64,000 nucleotides of DNA from NCBI GenBank assembly GCA_020054205.1, contig JAGVLS010000020.1, forward strand, positions 93,223 through 157,222, read 5' to 3'. Within the stretch, counting starts at the first letter, position 1. The number at the start of each line of letters is the position of its first letter. The position numbers and the translations under genes were made by a program. Shown here in pieces: positions 42,865 through 51,905 of the stretch. The stretch comes from Candidatus Obscuribacterales bacterium. GTDB taxonomy: Bacteria; Cyanobacteriota; Vampirovibrionia; Obscuribacterales; Obscuribacteraceae. Under the pieces are notes generated by a model, which searched no databases, was not told the origin of the DNA, and saw only the letters and a program-made list of their open reading frames with translations.

Positions 42865-43215
42865 ATGGTGCTTTCTCTTAATCCGGTTGATGAGTTAAAA
42901 AAGAGGTTTAACCCCAAGGCTGCCAAGGGGATCTCGGCTACATATTTGATTCAAATATTAGGACCAAATGGTGGTAAATGGCTTACTAAGATCAATGACG
43001 GTAAGTTAGAGCTAACAGAACATGATGGCAGTAAAAATGCTCAGTATGATTGTTCAATATCTATCTCAGCAGAAGATTTGGAATTAATAATGACCGGTAA
43101 ATTATCAGCTGTCACTGCTGCAATGTCTGGAATGTTATCTATTGATGGTGAATTAGGTTTGGCAATGCAATTATTGCCTATATTTTTTCCAGGACAATCT
43201 CCATCGATTGGCTAA
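42865..43215 (+). CDS. SCP2 sterol-binding domain protein
   Basis: LELIMTGKLSAVTAAMSGMLSIDGELGLAMQL matches the SCP2 C-terminal motif (GKLxxxxAFMxGKLKIxGDxxLAxKL). Confidence 0.65.
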   Translation: MVLSLNPVDELKKRFNPKAAKGISATYLIQILGPNGGKWLTKINDGKLELTEHDGSKNAQYDCSISISAEDLELIMTGKLSAVTAAMSGMLSIDGELGLAMQLLPIFFPGQSPSIG

Positions 43216-43236
43216 AAAAATTATTCAGCTGGAAAA

Positions 43237-43875
43237 TTATTCCGATTGATCAGTATCTTCTGAATTACGTTGTTTGCCAAATTGTTTGAAAAATTCTTTG
43301 GGGGCGCTGTCTGCTTCATTATCCTCTGGACGTACAAAGTTTGGTGTAAAACTAGGTTTGGCAGTGGAGACAACAAATTTTCCCGCTGTCGGTAAATATT
43401 CTTTTGCTAGACTGCGAAAAACAACAATAGCCATAGAGTCATTGACACCTGAGACCATAAGAAATGAAATTGGTATTTTTTCTTTTGGCGGTACAGGGAT
43501 AGTAATTGGTACTTGAAGTGCCATAAGAGGTAATAAAAAAATCAATGCTGCTTTGGCACAACCAAGGACAGCTCCTAATATACGACTTACAATATTTGGT
43601 CTATGTTTGGAACTTAAAGGAATAACACTCATAAGTACTTCGATAACAATTTCAGATGCTATCCACATAGTGGTGAAGCCTAAAGCAACTGCAGCTTCTG
43701 GTTGAGTGCGTAATTGTTGAACTATCCAGGTGGAAAAATCAATATAAAATCTTTGTGTAATGAGAGTAGCAAAAATCATGGCAAATGGTCCGCGCCAAGA
43801 ATTAACTATGCCGGTTGTCCAGCCAGCAGCGGCAAGAGTAAGTGCAACAAGTAAAAAAAGTATGTCCCAAAGCAT
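43237..43875 (-). CDS. CvpA-family membrane protein
   Basis: The N-terminus MLWDILFLLVALTLAAAGWTTGIVNSW and a 4-TM layout are typical of CvpA. Confidence 0.5.
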   Translation of the reverse strand: MLWDILFLLVALTLAAAGWTTGIVNSWRGPFAMIFATLITQRFYIDFSTWIVQQLRTQPEAAVALGFTTMWIASEIVIEVLMSVIPLSSKHRPNIVSRILGAVLGCAKAALIFLLPLMALQVPITIPVPPKEKIPISFLMVSGVNDSMAIVVFRSLAKEYLPTAGKFVVSTAKPSFTPNFVRPEDNEADSAPKEFFKQFGKQRNSEDTDQSE

Positions 43876-43877
43876 AT

Positions 43878-44744
43878 TTATATCTTCCCAATAAATTCAA
43901 GACATGATTTCATTACGTCAGGATTAACAGACTGACCAGTCCATATTTTAAAAGATAGCGCTGCCTGTTCAACTAACATATTGATGCCATCTTCTGCTTT
44001 AAGGCCTTTGAGTCTTGCGAGTTCAACTAGTGTTGTTTCTTTATTGGTTTTTTTATAGACCATATCAAGTAATACCCCACTGCCTTTTATGCTATCAAAA
44101 ACGCTATGAATTTGCTCAGGAATCGTTTGATCAATTAATCCTATAGGAGTAGCGTTTATCAGTAAATCATAATCTCTTTTCAGTTTTTCTAAACTGACTA
44201 TATTGATTTTATTGTCTCTAAATTCAATATTTTTACTTGACAATAGATCAAAACAAAGATTCTGAGCTTGATGTTTATTGCGAGAATAAATGTCGACTTC
44301 TTTTAATCCAAGTTTAAATAGTCCACAAACAGCTGCACGTGCAGCCCCCCCTGAACCTAAAATCAATGCTTTAGTTTGAGCTGAAATGGCTATCAAATTT
44401 TTAATGGCACAAATAAAGCCGTGAATATCAGTATTGTAGCCATATAATAAACTGTCTTTTACTTGTACTGTATTTACAGCACCTATCATGCGCGCTTCAT
44501 CTGATAGGTCAGCTAAGCAAGGCAAAATAGTTTGTTTATATGGAATGGTGACATTGAAGCCTACAATTCCATCTTTTACTAATTGAGAAATAGATGCAAT
44601 TAATTTGTCTTTCTCTATATCAAACAAATCATAACTACCAGCTAAACCAGAATGTTTAAGTGCAGCAAGATGCAAATTCTGGGAAAGAGAATGGGAAATG
44701 GGATGTCCAACTAAGCCTAGTTTAAACTGACTAATAGCTTCCAT
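43878..44744 (-). CDS. aroE: Shikimate dehydrogenase
   Basis: GLVGHPISHSLSQNLHLAALK, GFNVTIPYK, NTDIHGF, Rossmann LILGSGGAARA. Confidence 0.85.
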   Translation of the reverse strand: MEAISQFKLGLVGHPISHSLSQNLHLAALKHSGLAGSYDLFDIEKDKLIASISQLVKDGIVGFNVTIPYKQTILPCLADLSDEARMIGAVNTVQVKDSLLYGYNTDIHGFICAIKNLIAISAQTKALILGSGGAARAAVCGLFKLGLKEVDIYSRNKHQAQNLCFDLLSSKNIEFRDNKINIVSLEKLKRDYDLLINATPIGLIDQTIPEQIHSVFDSIKGSGVLLDMVYKKTNKETTLVELARLKGLKAEDGINMLVEQAALSFKIWTGQSVNPDVMKSCLEFIGKI

Positions 44745-45159
44745 GTTGAACTGTTGCTATGCGCATGCGCTTGATGCCTACGGCAGCAGCTGCTGCCATA
44801 ACGGCTACTACATCTCGTTGTTTGGCCATGGCGTCAGCATTTACTGTCACAGGTACATCATCTCTACCAGCACGCTTTTGCAGATCTTTAATTATCGACT
44901 GTAATTCTTCCGGTCCAGCTCCTGGCGGTATTTTGTGATTGTTAACGGCAATAGAACCATTTTTATCAATATCTATAAAAATAGCTCGGCTCTCGTCACT
45001 CTTTTTTGCATGACGAGTTTCAGGAGGCTGAATTTTAAGATCAGACTTATCAATAAGTGGTGCAATTAAGATCATGATTACTAAGAGCACCAAAAATACA
45101 TCAGTCAACGGTGTTACGTTTATTTCGTCAAAGGTTTGACCAACTTCGCCAATTGCCAT
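44731..45159 (-). CDS. exbD: Biopolymer transport protein ExbD/TolR
   Basis: EINVTPLTDVFLVLLVIMILIAP TM segment with the conserved Asp. 142 aa. Confidence 0.8.
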   Translation of the reverse strand: MAIGEVGQTFDEINVTPLTDVFLVLLVIMILIAPLIDKSDLKIQPPETRHAKKSDESRAIFIDIDKNGSIAVNNHKIPPGAGPEELQSIIKDLQKRAGRDDVPVTVNADAMAKQRDVVAVMAAAAAVGIKRMRIATVQHGSY

Positions 45160-45193
45160 ACTTAATTACTCCTTACAGTAATTGTGAGAATGC

Positions 45194-45844
45194 TTAGCGA
45201 GTTGTGCTTGTTGGGCTAGCTTCTGAACTAATAAAGCTCAAGAACAAAAGCTTTAACAACAAGAAATCGTCATTAAAACGCTTCACGGTATTTGTGTATG
45301 TGTTATTAAAAATAACCGCAACAATTGCAACCATTAAGCCATAACCTGTAGCAATCAATGCTTTCGCCACACCGGTTACAACTACTGGAGTTCCACCACC
45401 GCCAACACCAAGTTGATCAAGTGTGAATACAACCCCAACCACAGTTCCGAATAATCCAATAAATGGAGCGGTAGCACCGATGGTTCCTAGAATAGCTAGA
45501 TTCTTTTCTAGTTTGCGAGTGACAAGTCCAACTGTAATATCAAAAGCTTTTGAAAAATCTTCTTTTTGTTCTGCCATCAAGCGCACACCCTCTTCGGCAA
45601 CTTCACCAATAACACCACCTAAGCGGCTGCAATTCATTTGTGCTTGTTGTAATTGATTACGTTCTAATTCTTTTTGTAATTGATGAATAAAGGCAGATAC
45701 ATCACGACGATTTTTTTGGTAATAAAGATATCTTTCTATAACTACTGCTACTGTCAGGATTGAACAAACAGTAATTGGAATCGAAGCAAACCAATCCCTA
45801 ATCATGAATTCCATGAAGAAGCTAAAAAATTTATTATTGTCCAT
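45194..45844 (-). CDS. exbB: MotA/TolQ/ExbB proton-channel protein
   Basis: LAILGTIGATAPFIGLFGTVVGV and ALIATGYGLMVAIVAVIFNN helices are characteristic of the family. Confidence 0.8.
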   Translation of the reverse strand: MDNNKFFSFFMEFMIRDWFASIPITVCSILTVAVVIERYLYYQKNRRDVSAFIHQLQKELERNQLQQAQMNCSRLGGVIGEVAEEGVRLMAEQKEDFSKAFDITVGLVTRKLEKNLAILGTIGATAPFIGLFGTVVGVVFTLDQLGVGGGGTPVVVTGVAKALIATGYGLMVAIVAVIFNNTYTNTVKRFNDDFLLLKLLFLSFISSEASPTSTTR

Positions 45845-45964
45845 TATCTCTCCTAACCTACCAGTTCATTCTTTACATGTACATGCGCGTCATTGGCAGA
45901 CTGAACATCAAACATAGTACTAGATTTCGCGGGGAATAGTTGATTTTGCTAGCTAGTAATCCCA

Positions 45965-47686
45965 TTAAAACTGACGAAATACTCCTCGTCCACCCCCACC
46001 AAATACGTTGTAATCAAACGTAAATTGTATATCGACATCATCTGGAGCACCAGTTGGTAATGGTCTAAATGGTGCAGCGGTTTCGACAGCACGTAAAGCA
46101 GCTTGATCAGCTATTGCCATTCCGGATGACTTTTCAAGACGCAAATGTGATAATTCTCCAGCTCTGTGAACTTTAAATACAACAACAACACGCTTGGTTT
46201 CATTACCTTTGGGTGGGAACCAACACTTTTTAATTCGACGTTGTAAATCAGCCATATATGGACCAAAGTCAACATCTGCCATAGCAGCAACTGAAGGACG
46301 ACCGCCAGGATTATTATTGGCATCTGGATTACCGCGCATGTTATCACCACCACCGCCACCAGCTGGTCTTGGTACAGATGGTGCTATACCCATTGGTCCA
46401 CCTTGTGAGCCACCACCACCGCCACGGCTACTGGAAGCGCGGCTAGGAGCAGGCGCTCCTCCACCTTGAGAGGTGCTGCCACCGCCTGAGCGGCTGCCAC
46501 CACCGCCAATTACTGTTGGAACAGGAGATGGATGTCCACTTGGTCCACCACCGCCGCCGCCAGCAGCTACTGGTGCTGGTGCAGAACTAAAAATGCCGCC
46601 ACCAGGACTTGTGCCTAATTTAGGCATAGGAGCAAAACCTGGAGAGCCACTTGTGCCCATAGCAATAGGTGATGGGGCTACAGATGGTAAACCAGATGGT
46701 AATGCTGATGGACGAGCTGACGGAACAGGTGCTGGTCCGCCTGATTTCGGTAAATTAGAAGGGCTAGGTGTAAAGCTAGGGAATAAATTAAAAGCAGGTT
46801 TTGCAGCAGCCTTAGGTTGCGGTGTTGGGCTTGGCGTAGTCATAGGACTAGGAGCCAATCTAGGCATTGGCGAAGGTGCTTGCATTGACCTAGGGGTAGG
46901 TGTTGGCTGCGGTGAAGCATGCGAAACAGGTCTAGGTGTAGGACGAGGACTTGGTTGTGATTGACTAGGAGTAGGTGCTGGCGCTGGACGACTAGCTTGT
47001 GAAGCTTTGCTTTGAGCTTTAGGAGCAGGAGAAGGTGCTTGTACTGGTTTTTTGGGATCGTGCTTACCAGCATTTTCAGAGGCGTGTTCTGCTTTGCGCT
47101 TAGCGACTATTTTCTTTAAAGTTGGTGGTTGATTTTGAATAAATTCAATATCTGTGATTTGAGCTGGTGGTGGTAATGGCACGATAAAGAAAAAGGCAAT
47201 GATAAATAAAGTAACCATTACGGAAAAATGCACTATATAACTACCAGATGTAGCTTCTGGTAATTCAATAACGTATTCGCGATATATGCGACGACGTTTT
47301 AATCTGTATGCAGCATGATCGTATGCATCTCTCATGGCATATACAACGAACGAAAGGAATAAGCCAATTAATATAAATGAAATTGCACTGCCAAAATGAG
47401 CATCTATAATGGCTCTGCCAAGTCCAGGATTAAGTTTCATATGGAAAGCTTTGCCAAAATCCATAAGTGCCATTACAAGCGGCTCAGTAAACATAATGCC
47501 AATGAATACTCCTGTATTCATTGCTGTTACAAGTAAAAACAATAAGCCTTTGCGAGTTTCACCATTATAAAATTGCCCTAGCCCAGGAATTATGGATAAA
47601 AGAGCAGCAGTTTGGGGATTGCGTAATGGTTGCTTATAGCCACCTGATTTAATAGAAGTCGTATTCATTATGTTTTGTATTTCCAA
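45965..47686 (-). CDS. TonB/TolA-like energy-transducer protein with polytopic N-terminal domain and ~330-aa Pro/Ser/Gly-rich linker
   Basis: C-terminal domain DFGPYMADLQRRIKKCWFPP..VVVVFKVHRAGELSHLRLEKSSGMAIADQAALRAVETAAPFRPLP (TonB_C/TolA-like). Several N-terminal TM helices (LSIIPGLGQFYNG...). The start is TTG 47686 or ATG 47668. Confidence 0.65.
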   Translation of the reverse strand: MEIQNIMNTTSIKSGGYKQPLRNPQTAALLSIIPGLGQFYNGETRKGLLFLLVTAMNTGVFIGIMFTEPLVMALMDFGKAFHMKLNPGLGRAIIDAHFGSAISFILIGLFLSFVVYAMRDAYDHAAYRLKRRRIYREYVIELPEATSGSYIVHFSVMVTLFIIAFFFIVPLPPPAQITDIEFIQNQPPTLKKIVAKRKAEHASENAGKHDPKKPVQAPSPAPKAQSKASQASRPAPAPTPSQSQPSPRPTPRPVSHASPQPTPTPRSMQAPSPMPRLAPSPMTTPSPTPQPKAAAKPAFNLFPSFTPSPSNLPKSGGPAPVPSARPSALPSGLPSVAPSPIAMGTSGSPGFAPMPKLGTSPGGGIFSSAPAPVAAGGGGGGPSGHPSPVPTVIGGGGSRSGGGSTSQGGGAPAPSRASSSRGGGGGSQGGPMGIAPSVPRPAGGGGGDNMRGNPDANNNPGGRPSVAAMADVDFGPYMADLQRRIKKCWFPPKGNETKRVVVVFKVHRAGELSHLRLEKSSGMAIADQAALRAVETAAPFRPLPTGAPDDVDIQFTFDYNVFGGGGRGVFRQF

Positions 47687-48076
47687 AATTTATGAACTAT
47701 TGGCAGGCTTTAATGCCTATAAAAAGATAGTCCCAAATACACCAAATTTTGTTTCGGATTAATTAGTAAGTTTGTTATTCAAGCCAGAGTCCTCAGAAGA
47801 TTAATATTAACTTAAACACTGCTTTGCATCAACTCAAATTAATCAGTTGCTGTATTAATTGAGGGTATTTCGCAAATTAACTTATCCTGCTACTTTCTTA
47901 AAAGGTAAATTACCAAACAATCTTATCAATATTTTAGCTTCAAAACTAACCATAGATAAGGAATTTAGCAAAATGATTTATTTGCTTATACCTATACCTA
48001 TAAATTTACTGAGCTTAAATATTTAAAGCTATAGCAATAACCCTAGACTTCGCTAGATTAAAACTTTAGATAGCCT

Positions 48077-49000
48077 CTACATAGGCATACGTAAATCTTC
48101 AGCCAGTTCAATTTTAAGTTCATCACCTGGCCGTACATCTACTTTTTTACCTTTTTTAGCTAATAAAATTGCTATACCAATGCCAGCTCCAATACCAGCA
48201 CCAATCAAAGCGCCACCAGCTCTACCTATTCCAGAAGAACCATTACTAGAGCCACCAGCTAAAACACCTATACCTAAGCCAACAGTTGTTGGTAAAGCAA
48301 ATGTCCCTGTGTCCATAGCTATATCTTTTAAGCCACGTTTAGCATGAACTACGCCTCCGCGAGCAACTATATTGGCGACAATTGGAATTTGGCGATTATC
48401 AGGTGTGGTGACTGTATCAAATTTTAGTGCTACCGAGCCGGAGCGATTTAAATGACGAGGTGAATTTAATTGAGCTATTCTGCCTTTTATTACTGAACCG
48501 GCAGGCACAATAGTAGTACCATCGATATTTAAATCTTCTGCTGTACGAGCAGCAAATTCATCACCTTCTTGGCTGGTATCACTATCAACGGCAGTATCCA
48601 TAATAATTGGTACTTTTGTTCCAGAAGGAACTACACGAATATAACCTTGGAGTATTTTGCCAGTACTTGCATTTGCAGTAGTTTCTTTTTTTTCACTTGT
48701 GCTTTCTGTGCTAGTGGTAGTTTCAGTAGCAGCTGTGTTTTCAGCAGTAGTTGTATTTTCAGTTGCTGTATTTTCCGTTGTTTGAGTTTCAGATGATGCT
48801 GACACACTTTCATCATTACTAATAGCATCGGTTGATGCCATATCTTCGCTATCAGCCTTTTTATTAGTCTCGCTAATATTTGGACTAGGATTATAGACTT
48901 TAAAATTAAGATTGCTGTCACTGGCTGCAAAAACAGTTGAATGTGTCATTAATAATGCCAGTGCGACGCTTAAAGAAACGTGACCTCCACGTTGAATCAT
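48077..49000 (-). CDS. Secreted protein with Thr/Glu-rich low-complexity region and C-terminal glycine-zipper TM segment
   Basis: Signal peptide VALALLMTHSTVFA, then TENTATENTTTAENTAATETTTSTESTS, then GALIGAGIGAGIGIAILLA. GGAG RBS. Confidence 0.6.
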   Translation of the reverse strand: MIQRGGHVSLSVALALLMTHSTVFAASDSNLNFKVYNPSPNISETNKKADSEDMASTDAISNDESVSASSETQTTENTATENTTTAENTAATETTTSTESTSEKKETTANASTGKILQGYIRVVPSGTKVPIIMDTAVDSDTSQEGDEFAARTAEDLNIDGTTIVPAGSVIKGRIAQLNSPRHLNRSGSVALKFDTVTTPDNRQIPIVANIVARGGVVHAKRGLKDIAMDTGTFALPTTVGLGIGVLAGGSSNGSSGIGRAGGALIGAGIGAGIGIAILLAKKGKKVDVRPGDELKIELAEDLRMPM

Positions 49001-49256
49001 TTTATTTCTCCATAAAGTCTATACGTTCAAATATTCACAAAAGAATAGAGAGACAGTCTAACATGAGCCTCTTGTCAAACAAATTAGGAGGATTTGAGAA
49101 TTGCAAAATTTAGTTGCAATCTTTATTTGACAATTTAATCCCCATTTCAAGCTATAGAATGAGTTTATTAGAGTTGCAAAGATCATTTGCCTTTTTGAAA
49201 TAATAGTTATTTACTGGAATTTATGAGAGACTAAAATTATATAAGGAGAACATTAA

Positions 49257-50408
49257 GTGATAGATTGCCCCGTTTGCCATGTAAAAAACGATGATGATTC
49301 ACGCTTTTGTCAAGAGTGTGGGCAAAGATTAACACCGGCAGCTGCATCTCCTATAAATACTCAAAAATTGAAATCACCTCTTTTAAGTGGATCTAGTTAT
49401 GATTCATCTGACGATAAACCACAAAATGAAATAGAACGGCTAAAAAAAATGTCTTCTCATGATAAAAACAAATCTAAAAATATCAATGAATTACCAAAAG
49501 GAAATCCATTTGATCCACGTAGGAATAATATTGAATCTCAAACAGACAATGCTAACGCTGAAAAAAAAGGGATTGGCAAAAAAGGTTTGCATTCGCCACT
49601 TTTAAGTGGTGATGAGTACGAAGAAGAAGATTTTATTGAGGAAGAAGAGAGTGTATCTTTTAGAAGTACTAAACTTGTAAAAAACCCTAATACATCTATT
49701 TCATCGCCAAGACAAGGAAAAGGGCTTAGATCACCGATTTTAAGTGGTGGTGGATCTGAACAATATTTTGAAGAAGAAGATGATGAAGAATTATTTGATG
49801 ACGATGACAATCCTAATCCAAATATATTACGTTCACCATTGTTAGCGGCAAAAATGCCTATTGTTGATCATCATCATCCAATTCATGAAGCACCGAAAAA
49901 TAATGCTAATGTGAATGCACCTGTGAATTCACAAGTAAATCCATCTGTAAAACCACAATTTACTCCTATAAATAATGCTGTCCCCAACCAAAATATATCC
50001 GGACAAAATCAAGCAAAAACAATTCCACCAATTCCAACTAGACCAAGTGAAATTCAAGATATTCAGCAACCTCAACAACCAACAAAGCCTTTTGCCGATT
50101 TTCCCAAGAAAAAACCTGTATATGAACAACAAGTAAATGATGAGGACGAACAGTTTGACACTATAAATATTCGTCATGCATCATCGCGAGCTATTTCTAA
50201 CTTGTCTCAAAATAAAGAACAAAAATCTTCTTCTGTTTTTAAATTTATTGGTATATGTGCTGTATTTATTTTGTTAATAAAACTCTATTGTTTAATTGGT
50301 TATGCAAATTCAGATTGGTTTAAATTTAGCCCATTTGTAATTGATCAATTTTTACAAATAGCAATAATCATTTGTTTGATCTTGGTGTGCTTGTTGCCAA
50401 GAAACTGA
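49257..50408 (+). CDS. Zinc-ribbon protein with repeated [KHR]SP[LI]L motifs, acidic runs and C-terminal TM helices
   Basis: AAGGAG lies 8 nt before the GTG. CPVCHVKNDDDSRFCQECG. Motifs KSPLLSG, HSPLLSG, RSPILSG and RSPLLAA. C-terminal FIGICAVFILLIKLYCLIG and IIICLILVCLL. Confidence 0.6.
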   Translation: MIDCPVCHVKNDDDSRFCQECGQRLTPAAASPINTQKLKSPLLSGSSYDSSDDKPQNEIERLKKMSSHDKNKSKNINELPKGNPFDPRRNNIESQTDNANAEKKGIGKKGLHSPLLSGDEYEEEDFIEEEESVSFRSTKLVKNPNTSISSPRQGKGLRSPILSGGGSEQYFEEEDDEELFDDDDNPNPNILRSPLLAAKMPIVDHHHPIHEAPKNNANVNAPVNSQVNPSVKPQFTPINNAVPNQNISGQNQAKTIPPIPTRPSEIQDIQQPQQPTKPFADFPKKKPVYEQQVNDEDEQFDTINIRHASSRAISNLSQNKEQKSSSVFKFIGICAVFILLIKLYCLIGYANSDWFKFSPFVIDQFLQIAIIICLILVCLLPRN

Positions 50409-50597
50409 TAAAGCACTATTAGACAATTGTCATGTGGGTTAATTTAGTGTACTGGCCAGTATTTGAGCAATTGTATGAATAAAACACCTATGTAACCTAT
50501 GTTATATTTTCCCTCATTACTATTACTTTTTAGTCTTAAGTGTTTTAGTATCAAGTCGTGTAAAAGTTATTGATTTAGTCAGAGCCAAGGATGAGAC

Positions 50598-51827
50598 ATG
50601 ATTAGCTATAATCGTAAATTGATCTTGAGATTAAATAAAACAGTCTCTTTAATAATCGGAGCATCTCTTATAAGTGCTTATGTTTCATCTGTTGAGGCGA
50701 ATGCTAAACGTTTGTCTTTTGAATTGCCACATTACGAAAAACTGATTAATGGCGCTGGTCCCAGGACAAACGATAAAGCTATTGAACAAGAGCAAACAAA
50801 AAATTCTCAAAATCAAACAACAACTAATTTAGCTCCTTTAAGTTTAAATGGAGATGCTGTTGCACCTGAGTTAGGACCAGATGGTATTCCACTGCTTAAA
50901 AGTACAGTTACCAAGTCTGAGTACTCAGGATTAGGACAAGCAGGCAATGCTAATAATGCTGTTGCCTCTGGTGAGAGCAAATCTGTAGTTTCTCACAAAG
51001 CTGGTGAGCTTGGTGGCAAAGTTTTAAAAGATGCAAAATCAGTTAATATCATGCCATTGGCATTAATCGAAACAGAAGATGAAGCTGAGAAGAAAGCAGA
51101 AACAACAGCTGATTTGGAAAGAATACAGTTAACAGATTTATGGCAATCTACTATTAATAGATCGCCTGATATTCAATTTGTAATAAATCGCTTACAGCCA
51201 TCATCGGATGCTAATCATGCAGCTTCTGGTGCTATGAAAATGCTAGGTGGAGCATTGTTTGGCATTATGAGTGCAGCACCGCTTTTAGCTCCTACTCCAA
51301 GTCCAGCACTTTATATGGGAACATCCAGTGGTGTAAGTTTAATTCAAAGTTTATTTGCTTCCCAAGATGCAAAAAATGCAAAAAAAGCCCAAATCTCACA
51401 AGAGCAAGCAACTTTGCTATACAAAATCGTGCGTGATACAGCAGATCATTTGGTTGAAAAATATCGAGCATACAAGAAAAACATAGCTTCCTTTCAAAGA
51501 GCTACGCTTGATTTGCAAGATTTGCAAGCTATGGTAGCTGAATCAAGACAATCACAATCGGCAGCTCAACAAGTAGAAATGGAATATACGCTACGTAAGG
51601 CTCAGCGTGATATTGATTCAGTTTCTGAAGAAGTAAGACAGTATCGTCAAGGTTTAATTGATTTGGCTGGACCAGATGCTATTGCCAAATTGGACAAACA
51701 ATACAATGATGAACAAATTGCATTGCAAAAAATAACTCCTGAAGCTGATCGTTTGCCAGAAGGCGAGAATGTATTTAAGGTTCCGCCGCAACGTACAGCT
51801 TCTCAGCTTAATATGCAAATTCAATAA
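50598..51827 (+). CDS. Secreted or membrane-anchored hypothetical protein with C-terminal coiled coil
   Basis: Signal anchor VSLIIGASLISAYVSSVEA. Heptad-like C-terminal third. AAGGA RBS. Confidence 0.55.
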   Translation: MISYNRKLILRLNKTVSLIIGASLISAYVSSVEANAKRLSFELPHYEKLINGAGPRTNDKAIEQEQTKNSQNQTTTNLAPLSLNGDAVAPELGPDGIPLLKSTVTKSEYSGLGQAGNANNAVASGESKSVVSHKAGELGGKVLKDAKSVNIMPLALIETEDEAEKKAETTADLERIQLTDLWQSTINRSPDIQFVINRLQPSSDANHAASGAMKMLGGALFGIMSAAPLLAPTPSPALYMGTSSGVSLIQSLFASQDAKNAKKAQISQEQATLLYKIVRDTADHLVEKYRAYKKNIASFQRATLDLQDLQAMVAESRQSQSAAQQVEMEYTLRKAQRDIDSVSEEVRQYRQGLIDLAGPDAIAKLDKQYNDEQIALQKITPEADRLPEGENVFKVPPQRTASQLNMQIQ

Positions 51828-51905
51828 ATAAACTTAAAACTTGTTTGTGTTCATTACACAAAATCGTTACCTGTATATAATGAATATCAGTTGGACTGAG
51901 AGGTA

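Noticed and set aside
42711-42926. 71-aa minus-strand ORF upstream of the DUF721-like gene
   Set aside because: It overlaps the start of the well-supported SCP2 gene on the other strand, has no RBS, and its composition reads like an AT-rich random ORF.
46194-46964. Plus-strand ORFs of 91 and 163 aa (and minus-strand alternate-frame ORFs) inside the TonB/TolA-like gene
   Set aside because: They are artefacts of the GC-rich Pro/Gly linker. The translations are Gly/Pro homopolymer-like, and the TonB-like frame is the one with recognisable N- and C-terminal domains.
50450-50461. 12-bp perfect palindrome TACTGGCCAGTA after the zinc-ribbon gene
   Set aside because: At this length, more than ten such palindromes are expected by chance in 64 kb. 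There is no flanking T-run or repetition.
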